34,835 nucleotides of DNA from Bacteriovoracaceae bacterium. Its GTDB lineage: Bacteria > Bdellovibrionota > Bacteriovoracia > Bacteriovoracales > Bacteriovoracaceae. Positions 1-7,767 of this stretch are shown here, piece by piece. The DNA lies in assembly GCA_018649885.1 (NCBI GenBank), contig JABIHA010000090.1, forward strand, positions 1-34,835, given 5' to 3'. The position numbers and the translations under genes were made by a program. The notes under the pieces were generated by a model, which was not told the DNA's origin, did not search any database, and saw nothing but the letters and a program-made list of their open reading frames with translations. Numbering within the stretch: the first letter of the stretch is position 1; every line of letters begins with the position of its first letter.

Positions 1-1
1 T

Positions 2-220
2 TAACTTCATCGCAGTGACCCGGTAATAGGCCTCTCCACGAGTGTAACCCAGCTCTTTTACACAGTACTCATTAAGTGTTCTGCAGTTGTACTCAGTAAA
101 CAATCTTTTTCTATAAATTTCTTTCAAATGGAGAAGTACAATATGGAGCTGATCCTTTTCTTTTTTAACTTCAAGTAGAACACTTTTTAATAATTTATCA
201 TCACTCATTTTCTCAATCAT
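2..220 (-). CDS. Partial CDS (N-terminus; runs off left edge): putative HNH endonuclease/DUF222-like family protein
   Basis: Manual translation gives MIEKMSDDKLLKSVLLEVKKEKDQLHIVLLHLKEIYRKRLFTEYNCRTLNEYCVKELGYTRGEAYYRVTAMKL with no stop. GGAGG RBS at 230-234 (minus). It resembles the 'L.HL.EI..R.L......SL..YC..ELGYS...A..RI.A.RL' N-terminus of multicopy HNH proteins of Bdellovibrionota/Myxococcota. The HNH domain itself lies outside the window. Confidence 0.65.
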   Translation of the reverse strand, partial: MIEKMSDDKLLKSVLLEVKKEKDQLHIVLLHLKEIYRKRLFTEYNCRTLNEYCVKELGYTRGEAYYRVTAMKL

Positions 221-702
221 CACTTCTAACCTCCAAGCGCTCCAGCAGCTTACCACGCTTTTACTGCCCAAATACTGCTCCCATAAAGCACTACTAGAAC
301 CACTGTACTTTAAATTTAATTAGGGACCCTGAATAATTTTAGTGAAGTACCACCAAGACCATTCTAAGGAGTAAAGCACCCCTTAAAAAAGAATCCCATT
401 TTCATCCCCCCCCCTCTGAAGATAGAACGAAAAATCATCTCCCAAGCACTTTTTTCAATTAAAACCTATCACCAAAGTCAGCATTTCCAGAATTGAAATT
501 TCTCCCCCAACCCTTCCCATAAAAGCAATCCACAAAACCATATACCAACTACAAAATACCCACATCACAAAACTCATCAAAACAACTCTAAACTATACTG
601 TGATAAAAGGGCCGCCACCCAACTAAACCTGAAACTCAACCTTCCCACGGCCCGTGAACAATTAATTCTTTTTCATTGAAGGTAAAATCGCACTGTTTAG
701 AT

Positions 703-1007
703 TTAGTGCTTTTAATGCATTTAGTCCCAAAGGTGTGGACCTGGTAGGTTGAATTCAGTGACGTACCAAATTTCTTGACTTGGCCTTTTTCGATGATAGC
801 GCTATTCAGCGAATAATAAAGGTTATGGGCAGAAGAATATCAGAAAAAATGCGCTGAATTGAATCGAGTTTTTTAGATTTAAATATACTTCTGATCAAAC
901 TCCCCTTTACTTGGTTTGGAGAGTGTCGTTCACGGCCTGATTGTTCAAACCAATGGGACTTAGTGCGTTCATTGCATTTAGTCCCATGAGTGTGGACGTA
1001 CCAAATT
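703..1007. repeat. Pair of imperfect direct repeats with internal palindrome (REP-like)
   Basis: 703-740 ttagtgcttttaatgcatttagtcccaaaggtgtggac plus 760-772 gacgtaccaaatt, versus 960-1007 ttagtgcgttcattgcatttagtcccatgagtgtggacgtaccaaatt. The second copy overlaps the hairpin tgggacttagtgc...gcatttagtccca (954-986). Confidence 0.6.
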
Positions 1008-1073
1008 ATAAAAGTGTCAACGAACCAAATTATACTTAATAGTAAAAAAGAAAATTTCGACATTTTGAATCTC

Positions 1074-1086
1074 CAAGTATTTGATT
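1074..1086. promoter_or_regulatory. IHF-consensus-like site
   Basis: CAAGTATTTGATT matches YAANNNNTTGATW. A second match is TAAGTCTTTGATA at 2035-2047. The motif is short and AT-rich, so chance matches are possible. Confidence 0.3.
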
Positions 1087-1112
1087 AATAAAAGGTGCGA
1101 TAAATGTATTTA

Positions 1113-1478
1113 TCAGTTTGATAATTCTTCAACTAATTCTCGCATCTCTTGTTCTGAATAGTTCTCTTCAATTGCATTTCGTAAAACAGGTATCGTGGCT
1201 TCATCAAGGTTGTTTGTATTTATTTTTCTTACACCATCCTCATCAAGAACTAAAAGAGTTATCCTGGCATCACTATTATAGAAAGCACGACTTATCGTAA
1301 GCAGTCCAAGTCCTGGGACTACAATTAATCCCCCTACCATTAGTGCGGTGAGGTCTCCACTTGCTGCCAAACCAGAAACAGCTACTGTTGCTCCTGATGC
1401 CATCAAAACAATTCCGGCGTTAGCAGTACCTGAAAAAAGTGAAAGACAAAGTGAAAGAGTAATTAAAAATTTCTTCAT
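1113..1478 (-). CDS. Small secreted hydrophobic protein, tandem paralog B
   Basis: Signal peptide MKKFLITLSLCLSLFSGTANA, Gly/Ala-rich hydrophobic core, and C-terminal VLDEDG...NLDEA...AIE.NYS..E...LVEELSN shared with 1523-1897. Confidence 0.85.
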   Translation of the reverse strand: MKKFLITLSLCLSLFSGTANAGIVLMASGATVAVSGLAASGDLTALMVGGLIVVPGLGLLTISRAFYNSDARITLLVLDEDGVRKINTNNLDEATIPVLRNAIEENYSEQEMRELVEELSN

Positions 1479-1522
1479 TAATAAATCCTGGTTATAGAGT
1501 TAGCAAAACTTTTTTAAAAGTT

Positions 1523-1897
1523 TCAGTTTGATAATTCTTCAACTAGAGCTAGTACTTCTTTATCAGAATAGTTCTGCTCAATTGCCTCTTGGATAACAGA
1601 TATTGCTGCTTCATCAAGATTTTCTAGACTATGTCTTTTTACTCCACCATCCTCATCAAGAACTATAAGAACTTTGCCTGCAGTTGAGGGCAAACCCATC
1701 ACTCCAAATGGTATTACTAGCGCTCCTGCTATCATAGTTGGTATGGCAATAAAACCGGCTACACTGACTCCACCCCAGTTATATATAGCATCCGCTGTTA
1801 GAGTTGCAGTTCCGCCAGCAAACAATATAATTCCCGCGTTAGCAGTGCCTGCAAAAAGTGAAAGACAAAGTGAAAGAGTAACTAGAAATTTCTTCAT
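1523..1897 (-). CDS. Small secreted hydrophobic protein, tandem paralog A
   Basis: Signal peptide MKKFLVTLSLCLSLFAGTANA. Paralog of 1113-1478, with the upstream RBS region also duplicated. Confidence 0.85.
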   Translation of the reverse strand: MKKFLVTLSLCLSLFAGTANAGIILFAGGTATLTADAIYNWGGVSVAGFIAIPTMIAGALVIPFGVMGLPSTAGKVLIVLDEDGGVKRHSLENLDEAAISVIQEAIEQNYSDKEVLALVEELSN

Positions 1898-1946
1898 AAA
1901 TAAATCCTTGTTTTAGAGTTAGCAAAACTTCTTTTGTAGTTTGATT

Positions 1947-2020
1947 CTGACCATCCTTCAGTGCGTTGCGTTGTGTTTTGCGATAATTCTCTCCAAAGCT
2001 GGTGCATCCTGTACGCACCA
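1947..2020 (-). promoter_or_regulatory. Two CsrA/RsmA-type GGA-loop hairpins in the 5' leader of the tandem paralogs
   Basis: Minus strand reads TGGTGC-GTACAGGAT-GCACCA (2020-2000) and CTGA-AGGATGG-TCAG (1961-1947). The RBS CAAGGAT provides a third GGA. Confidence 0.5.
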
Positions 2021-2231
2021 CCTCATTTTCTGCCTAAGTCTTTGATATTTAGAGGTCATTTGCTGAAAGTAGCAAGAAAGTCAATATTTGTGACTTCCAA
2101 TACTTTATCTATGGAGTAGTAGTATTGACGCTAATAAGGGGCCTTGTAGGTAGCACTATTTGGTAGAAGATTAGGGTATCCAAAGGGTTTTGTGTTGAGG
2201 GGGAATTCTAGAATAAATAGAAAGAAAAAAA

Positions 2232-2726
2232 TTAAGGACGATAAATTGGTGCAGAACCAGAGATCAACTCAGCAGACTTTGCGTGGCCTATTTCTCGAGG
2301 TGTATCAGAAATTTGTTGTGAATTCATTGCTCGAGTTAGAGATTCTGCAACTGGCCTTGGTTGACTATTTGACCCAGCAAATACTCTAATTTTAACACCG
2401 TCTCCAGCATCTAGCTCCGTTACAGGAATTTCAGATGAATCTGCAGTAGGAGTCGATTGTTCAATATCATAGTGGGACTGGCTTAGCTCTCCACTTTCAG
2501 TGGGATCTTTTTCTCGAAAATCTAAGTCAGAATAACCTCGCTGAGATAGATGAAGGTCTATATCTTCAATCCCATCTAGCATTTTGCTATCCTTTAATTC
2601 TTCAAAGAGTGAATCTTCTTCTACCTTTTCGAAGTCAGAAAGAATATTAATATTAGCAGAAGAGCCAAGTGCGAGCGTTGGCAAAAGAGCAAAAATTGTG
2701 AATAGAGCGGACGTTGTTGTTTTCAT
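2232..2726 (-). CDS. Hypothetical secreted acidic protein
   Basis: 164-aa ORF with signal peptide MKTTTSALFTIFALLPTLALG. No family recognised. Confidence 0.75.
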   Translation of the reverse strand: MKTTTSALFTIFALLPTLALGSSANINILSDFEKVEEDSLFEELKDSKMLDGIEDIDLHLSQRGYSDLDFREKDPTESGELSQSHYDIEQSTPTADSSEIPVTELDAGDGVKIRVFAGSNSQPRPVAESLTRAMNSQQISDTPREIGHAKSAELISGSAPIYRP

Positions 2727-2836
2727 ATAGGTGTTATTTTAGCAGTAGTGTAGATAAAATTAAGGCCTTATTGAAAAGATGATAGAGCTGTCAAAAGATT
2801 AAACCATGCTGCTCTACCTTGCTGAAAATAAACGGT

Positions 2837-3850
2837 TTATGCACTCTTTTTGGTGATGAGTTGCTCTAAAATTTCGAGGGCCTTGCCATTAAAGCCGGCT
2901 CCAATACCGGGATCATTCCCCGATTTGATTTTGGCAAACGCCGACTTAGCATTTTGGGTTTTATCAATTTTACCCATTGTGACATCAATGAAAGTTGAGC
3001 TTAAGCTGAGGATTTGTGAACCTAGTGTGAGCTCCCTTTCAACAAGTTCATCAGGGTAGCCACTTCCATCTACTCTTTCATGGTGGCCCTCGATTGTTCT
3101 GATTTGATCTTTTGTCAGGGACAACCCAATTTTTTTTGCCACATAAGATGACTGCTTTGGATGTTTTTCAAATTCTTTTAACTCAACACTTGTTAGCTCA
3201 TGGTATGGTTTTAAGAGAAGATCTCGGCTAATTTGTGATAATCCAATGTGGTGAAGGTAGGCGCAGGTAAAGAGCTCACAGGTGGCCTGAGCACTTACAA
3301 TGCCTTGTAGTTTGGCAATCACGAAAGTTGTGACAATGCTGCGATTAAGGTAATTATCTATAAAGTTAAATTGGTCGGCGAGAGAGATAGCTAGTGAGAT
3401 TTGCTCGCTTTCACCTTTCGGAAAACCTTGAATCTCTGAAATCATGATATTGTATACACTATTATAAGCACCGCTTGTAATGGCAGTTTCGAAATCTTCA
3501 ATTAACTTTTGATCGTTTTCCTCGATTTGCTGACTTTCCTCTACACCAGACGAGCTATCCACAACTCTTGTTTTGGCACTTAAGGAGGGGATATCTGTAT
3601 CTTTTTGATTGGTATTGGTCAGAAAAGATTTTTTTTGATTTCTAGAAATATATAGTCTTGCTCCTTTTTCAAGGTATCCATCGAGAGTGTGTTGTTTTTC
3701 ACCATCAAGTACTGAGTTAGCATATAGGAAAACACTTACTTTGGAGTTTTGGGGGTTGTAGAGGTAGAGGTGTGCAGAAAAAATATTCTCTATTCCAAGA
3801 TTCGATTTGTCGATCTGAAAGTAAAATTTTATATTTTGTTCTACACTCAT
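2837..3850 (-). CDS. HD-GYP domain protein, degenerate (c-di-GMP phosphodiesterase-like)
   Basis: Has HHERVDGSGYPDEL, FEKHP and SQIL motifs. The HD motif reads LHHIG instead of LHDIG, and the D.FDA.T..RPY motif is not conserved. Confidence 0.85.
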   Translation of the reverse strand: MSVEQNIKFYFQIDKSNLGIENIFSAHLYLYNPQNSKVSVFLYANSVLDGEKQHTLDGYLEKGARLYISRNQKKSFLTNTNQKDTDIPSLSAKTRVVDSSSGVEESQQIEENDQKLIEDFETAITSGAYNSVYNIMISEIQGFPKGESEQISLAISLADQFNFIDNYLNRSIVTTFVIAKLQGIVSAQATCELFTCAYLHHIGLSQISRDLLLKPYHELTSVELKEFEKHPKQSSYVAKKIGLSLTKDQIRTIEGHHERVDGSGYPDELVERELTLGSQILSLSSTFIDVTMGKIDKTQNAKSAFAKIKSGNDPGIGAGFNGKALEILEQLITKKSA

Positions 3851-6607
3851 CTAACTTGCCTTTTTTGATCCAAATAAGTTTTTCCAAATAGATTTCTTAC
3901 CACCAGTTTTTTGATCTGATTTACTCCCACTATATTCTCCACTGACCCCTGAGTCTTTCATACTTTCGAGGTAGAGAGAACTTAGAGCAAATAGAATATT
4001 TTCTATGATTTTTGAATTCTCCTCACTTATTCCATTTTCAAAGTAACATACGGCCATTCCCATTTTTAGATTGCCTTCAAAATAGGGGAATACCAGCCTT
4101 GTTTTAATTTTTGAGTCGCCTTCAGTGTTTTCTTCCCATTGGGGAAGCTCTGTACTGTCCAGTGCAGAAATTGCCTCTGCATTTTCTTCGAAATAGGCAG
4201 CGCCGGGAGCAAATGAGTTTTCCTCTTGGATATAGGGGATAAGTGCCGTTTGGTTTTCAAGGTTTGATTTGACAAAGAATTTGGAGAACCCTGAATACTT
4301 GTTAAATATGATGCTCTTTGTATATTCGATAATACCATCTTTGGATAATTGTGGATCGATGAGAAGAGAAGTGATTTCAAAAATAGTTTCAATACCATAA
4401 GTCTGCATTTTAATATGGGGATTTTCTATAACTTCTTCTTCTCTTAGATTTTCTAAATCGTCTTCAATTTGTAATTCATCAACTTTTTTTTTCGTCTGTT
4501 CAATGCTTGCAAGCTCTATCGCCTTTTTTGGAGAAAGGATATGTGAGTGGCCCTGGTTAGTATTCTTTACAAAGCGAGTAAAGCTAATGGGGGCGACTTC
4601 AAGTGACTCCTTGTCTAAATTTAATACATTCTCGTCCAGAGACTGAAGGGGAGAGGTCTGCTTCTTTACTTCAAGGTAGCGATTTTGTTTTTCCTTTTCT
4701 TCTAGCTCTATCTTTTCAGTTTTTTGTTCTTTTTTTGTTCTTCTTTCAAGAGGGTGATCTTCAATGTCCTTTTTCTCTACGCTGGATTCAGCCTCTTGAA
4801 GTTTTGTGCCCTTTTTCATACTCATGTCGATTTCAATTTCATCGTATTGTTTTTTCTTTTTTTCGCTATCGTCTTCAAGTTCAATCTCTAATCTCTTTTT
4901 CTTTGACTCTACCTCTTCAGGATCAGTAGCTTCTTCAAACTCACTTTCCTCATGTACTTCTTCAAGCTGGAGGGCCTTTTTCTTTTCATTCTCTGCAAGT
5001 TGATCATTTTCCAATTCGAGGGACTTTTTCACACCTTCTTCATCTTCAAGAATTAGTGCTTTCTTTTTCCTCTCTTGCTCCGCTTCTTCAGTTTGAATAT
5101 TTTCTTTTTCCCTCTTTTTCTCTTCAGCTTCTAGTAAGAGTTGTTTTTTTTCTTTCTGGGCCTGTTCAACTTCTTCAAGCTGAAGTTCTTTGTTTTTTTT
5201 GTCTAATTTAATTTCTTCTTCTTGAGGTTGTTTTTCTTTCTTATCTTGGTTTTGATCTGCTTCTAGCTGAAGTTCTGAGAGCTTCTTGGATTTCTCTTCG
5301 CCTTTTTGGGACTCCTCACTTTCTTGTTCCTCTTGAATTTCAGGAACTTCTTCTAAGTTTAATTCTTTTTTTATCTTTGCATGACTGGCGATATCTTCAG
5401 GTACAGGCCAGTCATTTTTCTTCGAATCATCTCCACTATCTTTAAGTTCTAGTTTTCCTACTTGTTTCTTTTTTGTCTCAGCTGCATCACCTTTTTCAGT
5501 TTCAAGGAATGGATCTTTATTGCCTTCTTCATCAAAGTTTAGTTTGTGGTCTTTTCCCTCCGCTCTTTGGGTTTCCGTTTCTGGATTTGTTTCTTTTTTC
5601 GATCTAGAGCTAGCTTTGTCATCTTTTTCCAAAATTAGATTTTGATTTTTCTTTTTCTTATGACTATCTTGTTCTTCTGATTCCCCTTTTTCTTGGGCTC
5701 CAGTCTGATTTGCTTCTATATTATCGAACTTAAGAGAGGAGTTTGATTTTTTTGACTCATTAGTGGGCCAATCCTCTTCTTTCGCTGTTTGCTTGTCTTT
5801 ACTTGTGTCATCATCTTCTAATATCAAGGAGTCTGTTTTCTTTGATTTCTTTGATTTCTTTGGCCATTGCTCTTTTTCTTTATCACGCTTTTCCTTCCCG
5901 GGCCCTTTTTCATCTTGATCTTCAAAGTTCAATCCATTTTTGCTCTTACTTTTAATATCCAGGCTTAATTCAGTTTCACTGCCAATTTTTTCTTTCTGGG
6001 CAGATTCCTCACTATTATCTTCTGCCTCAAACTTTAATCTTCTATCTTTATGACTCACATTTACTGTTTCAGGTTCTGATTCAAATTTATTTTTTTCTGA
6101 AGTAGTAATTTTTTCTGGATCTTCATCAAATTTCAGCATGGACTTTACGTTTTGAACGTTTTGAACGTTTTCGCCTTCATCTTCATCTTCATCTTTTTCT
6201 TCTTCAAATAGATTGGAGTCACTAGAGTCCTTTGCAGGTAGTAACTTTAGAATTTTATCTAACTTGTACTGCAAAGCCGTAGCAGCTATAGGCTCGTGAA
6301 CATTATCTGTAAGACCTAATTGTTCAAATTTTGATTTGACTCGAAAATTTAAACTCTTTGATGTGATGAGAACAGATAGGGAATTTGAATTTTTATAATC
6401 TTTTTTTGCCTTGGCAAGAACATAGATAAGTTTCTTTGGATCACTACTAATAATGACTGCCGGCCTTGAGGTTAAAAAAATCTGAATGGCTTCATCTACA
6501 TTATCAACTTCGAAGATTTCATTTGCTTGATCCTCTTCATAAACCTTTTTGACCTCAGCGACTGGAGCTGAAATAGGATAGATGTAAATGATGGTCCGTA
6601 ATTCCAT
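3851..6607 (-). CDS. Large protein: N-terminal pseudo-receiver (REC-like) domain, long E/K-rich disordered region, C-terminal folded (possibly GAF-like) domain
   Basis: The N-terminus has a REC-like pattern (IIYIY...VDNVDEAIQ...RPAVIISSD...SVLITSK...GLTDNVHEPI) without the phospho-Asp or KP motif. The centre is low-complexity and charged. The stop codon directly abuts the HD-GYP start codon. Confidence 0.8.
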   Translation of the reverse strand: MELRTIIYIYPISAPVAEVKKVYEEDQANEIFEVDNVDEAIQIFLTSRPAVIISSDPKKLIYVLAKAKKDYKNSNSLSVLITSKSLNFRVKSKFEQLGLTDNVHEPIAATALQYKLDKILKLLPAKDSSDSNLFEEEKDEDEDEGENVQNVQNVKSMLKFDEDPEKITTSEKNKFESEPETVNVSHKDRRLKFEAEDNSEESAQKEKIGSETELSLDIKSKSKNGLNFEDQDEKGPGKEKRDKEKEQWPKKSKKSKKTDSLILEDDDTSKDKQTAKEEDWPTNESKKSNSSLKFDNIEANQTGAQEKGESEEQDSHKKKKNQNLILEKDDKASSRSKKETNPETETQRAEGKDHKLNFDEEGNKDPFLETEKGDAAETKKKQVGKLELKDSGDDSKKNDWPVPEDIASHAKIKKELNLEEVPEIQEEQESEESQKGEEKSKKLSELQLEADQNQDKKEKQPQEEEIKLDKKNKELQLEEVEQAQKEKKQLLLEAEEKKREKENIQTEEAEQERKKKALILEDEEGVKKSLELENDQLAENEKKKALQLEEVHEESEFEEATDPEEVESKKKRLEIELEDDSEKKKKQYDEIEIDMSMKKGTKLQEAESSVEKKDIEDHPLERRTKKEQKTEKIELEEKEKQNRYLEVKKQTSPLQSLDENVLNLDKESLEVAPISFTRFVKNTNQGHSHILSPKKAIELASIEQTKKKVDELQIEDDLENLREEEVIENPHIKMQTYGIETIFEITSLLIDPQLSKDGIIEYTKSIIFNKYSGFSKFFVKSNLENQTALIPYIQEENSFAPGAAYFEENAEAISALDSTELPQWEENTEGDSKIKTRLVFPYFEGNLKMGMAVCYFENGISEENSKIIENILFALSSLYLESMKDSGVSGEYSGSKSDQKTGGKKSIWKNLFGSKKAS

Positions 6608-6613
6608 AACTTC

Positions 6614-6640
6614 TTTTCGGCTTTTTTTAACCTTCTTTTC
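6614..6640 (-). promoter_or_regulatory. Possible sigma-28 (FliA) promoter, likely leaderless transcript
   Basis: Minus strand GAAA-N15-GCCGAAAA ends 6 nt before the ATG at 6607, with no SD sequence. The -35 match is weak. Confidence 0.35.
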
Positions 6641-6774
6641 AGAGGTTAAAGAAAAAAATGGGGATTATTTAAACTGACTATAAGTTTACAAATCTCTGAC
6701 AAATGCAGTCCCTATATGCGTTATATTTATTTCACATAAAGGGGATGATCTCTTTTATTCCAAGGAGTTACTAA

Positions 6775-6996
6775 ATGAGGAAAATGATTTATGTAATGGG
6801 ACCTGTAAAAGTGGCAGTACCGACTGTAAATGATGACAGTTTAGACTACATAGACTTTATGGAGCATTTAGAGCGCCTTGAGAAAATATTTGACCGATCT
6901 ACTCCAGATGGGAATTACGACAATGTGCTGGAGATGCCAGATGATGATTACGACAATGTGATAGAAATTTCAGACCCTTTCAACAAAGGAGCATAA
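6775..6996 (+). CDS. Small hypothetical protein with an 11-aa tandem repeat
   Basis: AAGGAG RBS upstream. Repeat PDGNYDNVLEM/PDDDYDNVIEI has a 33-bp period at about 6904-6969. Confidence 0.7.
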   Translation: MRKMIYVMGPVKVAVPTVNDDSLDYIDFMEHLERLEKIFDRSTPDGNYDNVLEMPDDDYDNVIEISDPFNKGA

Positions 6997-7025
6997 ACAA
7001 AAGCGAATCAAGGGTTTTAACCATA

Positions 7026-7093
7026 GCTCTCCCGAGGAAAACGCGAGAGTTTCAACTTACGCTGGAAGTATCATGGAGATAGTTACTTCCAGC
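7026..7093 (+). other. Two stem-loops with GGA-containing loops (terminator or CsrA-binding element)
   Basis: GCTCTC-CCGAGGAAAACGC-GAGAGT (7026-7050) and GCTGGAAGTA-TCATGGAGATAGT-TACTTCCAGC (7061-7093, 10-bp perfect stem). Confidence 0.45.
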
Positions 7094-7185
7094 ATATTCT
7101 TGCTAAGTACTTAAAATTAAAGAGATCTTGTTCGTGTGTTACTTGCCGGCTAGATATTTGCCCAATTCCCTTGCATCCTATTTAT

Positions 7186-7656
7186 ATGCGATCTTTACTA
7201 CTACCTCTGTTTTTTCTTCTCTACTCTTCCTCCGTTTTTTCTGGAATGAGTCTTGAGCAGTGTAAGGTAGTTCCTGCAAAGGATGGTTCTTATTATTTTT
7301 TAGAAACATCACAGGGTCGAACAGTTTCAAGTCATTTCTATTGGAAGAGGGCCCCTATTTTCATTCAGGCGATAAGAGATATTTTTAGATATGGTACATG
7401 TAAGCCATGGTACACAGACTGCGTTGATGAGACTTGTAAGAATGTGGAAGAGTGTACAATGGAGGAAGCTGAAGGAGACGTAGAGGGCGTTTTTCTAAAA
7501 AGAGGAGAGGTGAAATTTACACCCATAATCTCTGAAGAAGAGGGAGGCGCAAAAGTTTTGGCCGAACTTTTAGAGGTGCTTAATAAAGGCCATATATGCT
7601 ATGGAAAAATTGAAGTTGAAGAAGAAGACGAAGAGGAAGAAGATGACGATGAATGA
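7186..7656 (+). CDS. Hypothetical secreted Cys-containing protein with acidic tail
   Basis: Likely ATG start at 7186 (MRSLLLPLFFLLYSSSVFS signal peptide), 6 Cys, and C-terminal EEEDEEEEDDDE. Confidence 0.75.
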   Translation: MRSLLLPLFFLLYSSSVFSGMSLEQCKVVPAKDGSYYFLETSQGRTVSSHFYWKRAPIFIQAIRDIFRYGTCKPWYTDCVDETCKNVEECTMEEAEGDVEGVFLKRGEVKFTPIISEEEGGAKVLAELLEVLNKGHICYGKIEVEEEDEEEEDDDE

Positions 7657-7767
7657 GCTAATAAATCCTTAATATTTCAAACACTTAATATTAATTGTAG
7701 ATTTTTTATGCCACTTGCCTAGGTGCATCTAAGACTATATGGTTTTTTGGCATCATAGGGGTAATAT

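Noticed and set aside
703..1007. CRISPR array
   Set aside because: There are only two degenerate copies about 257 bp apart, no regular spacers, and no cas genes.
806..1063. 85-aa minus-strand ORF
   Set aside because: It overlaps the palindromic repeat and resembles no recognisable family, so it is probably spurious, although a weak GGAG upstream means it cannot be fully excluded.
1113..1897. Diversity-generating retroelement template/variable repeat pair
   Set aside because: The differences are not adenine-specific, both copies are intact ORFs, and there is no reverse transcriptase in the window.
2837..3870. Shared C-terminal KKSA/KKAS endings as degradation tags
   Set aside because: The motif is too short to distinguish from lineage-typical C-terminal composition without genome-wide statistics.
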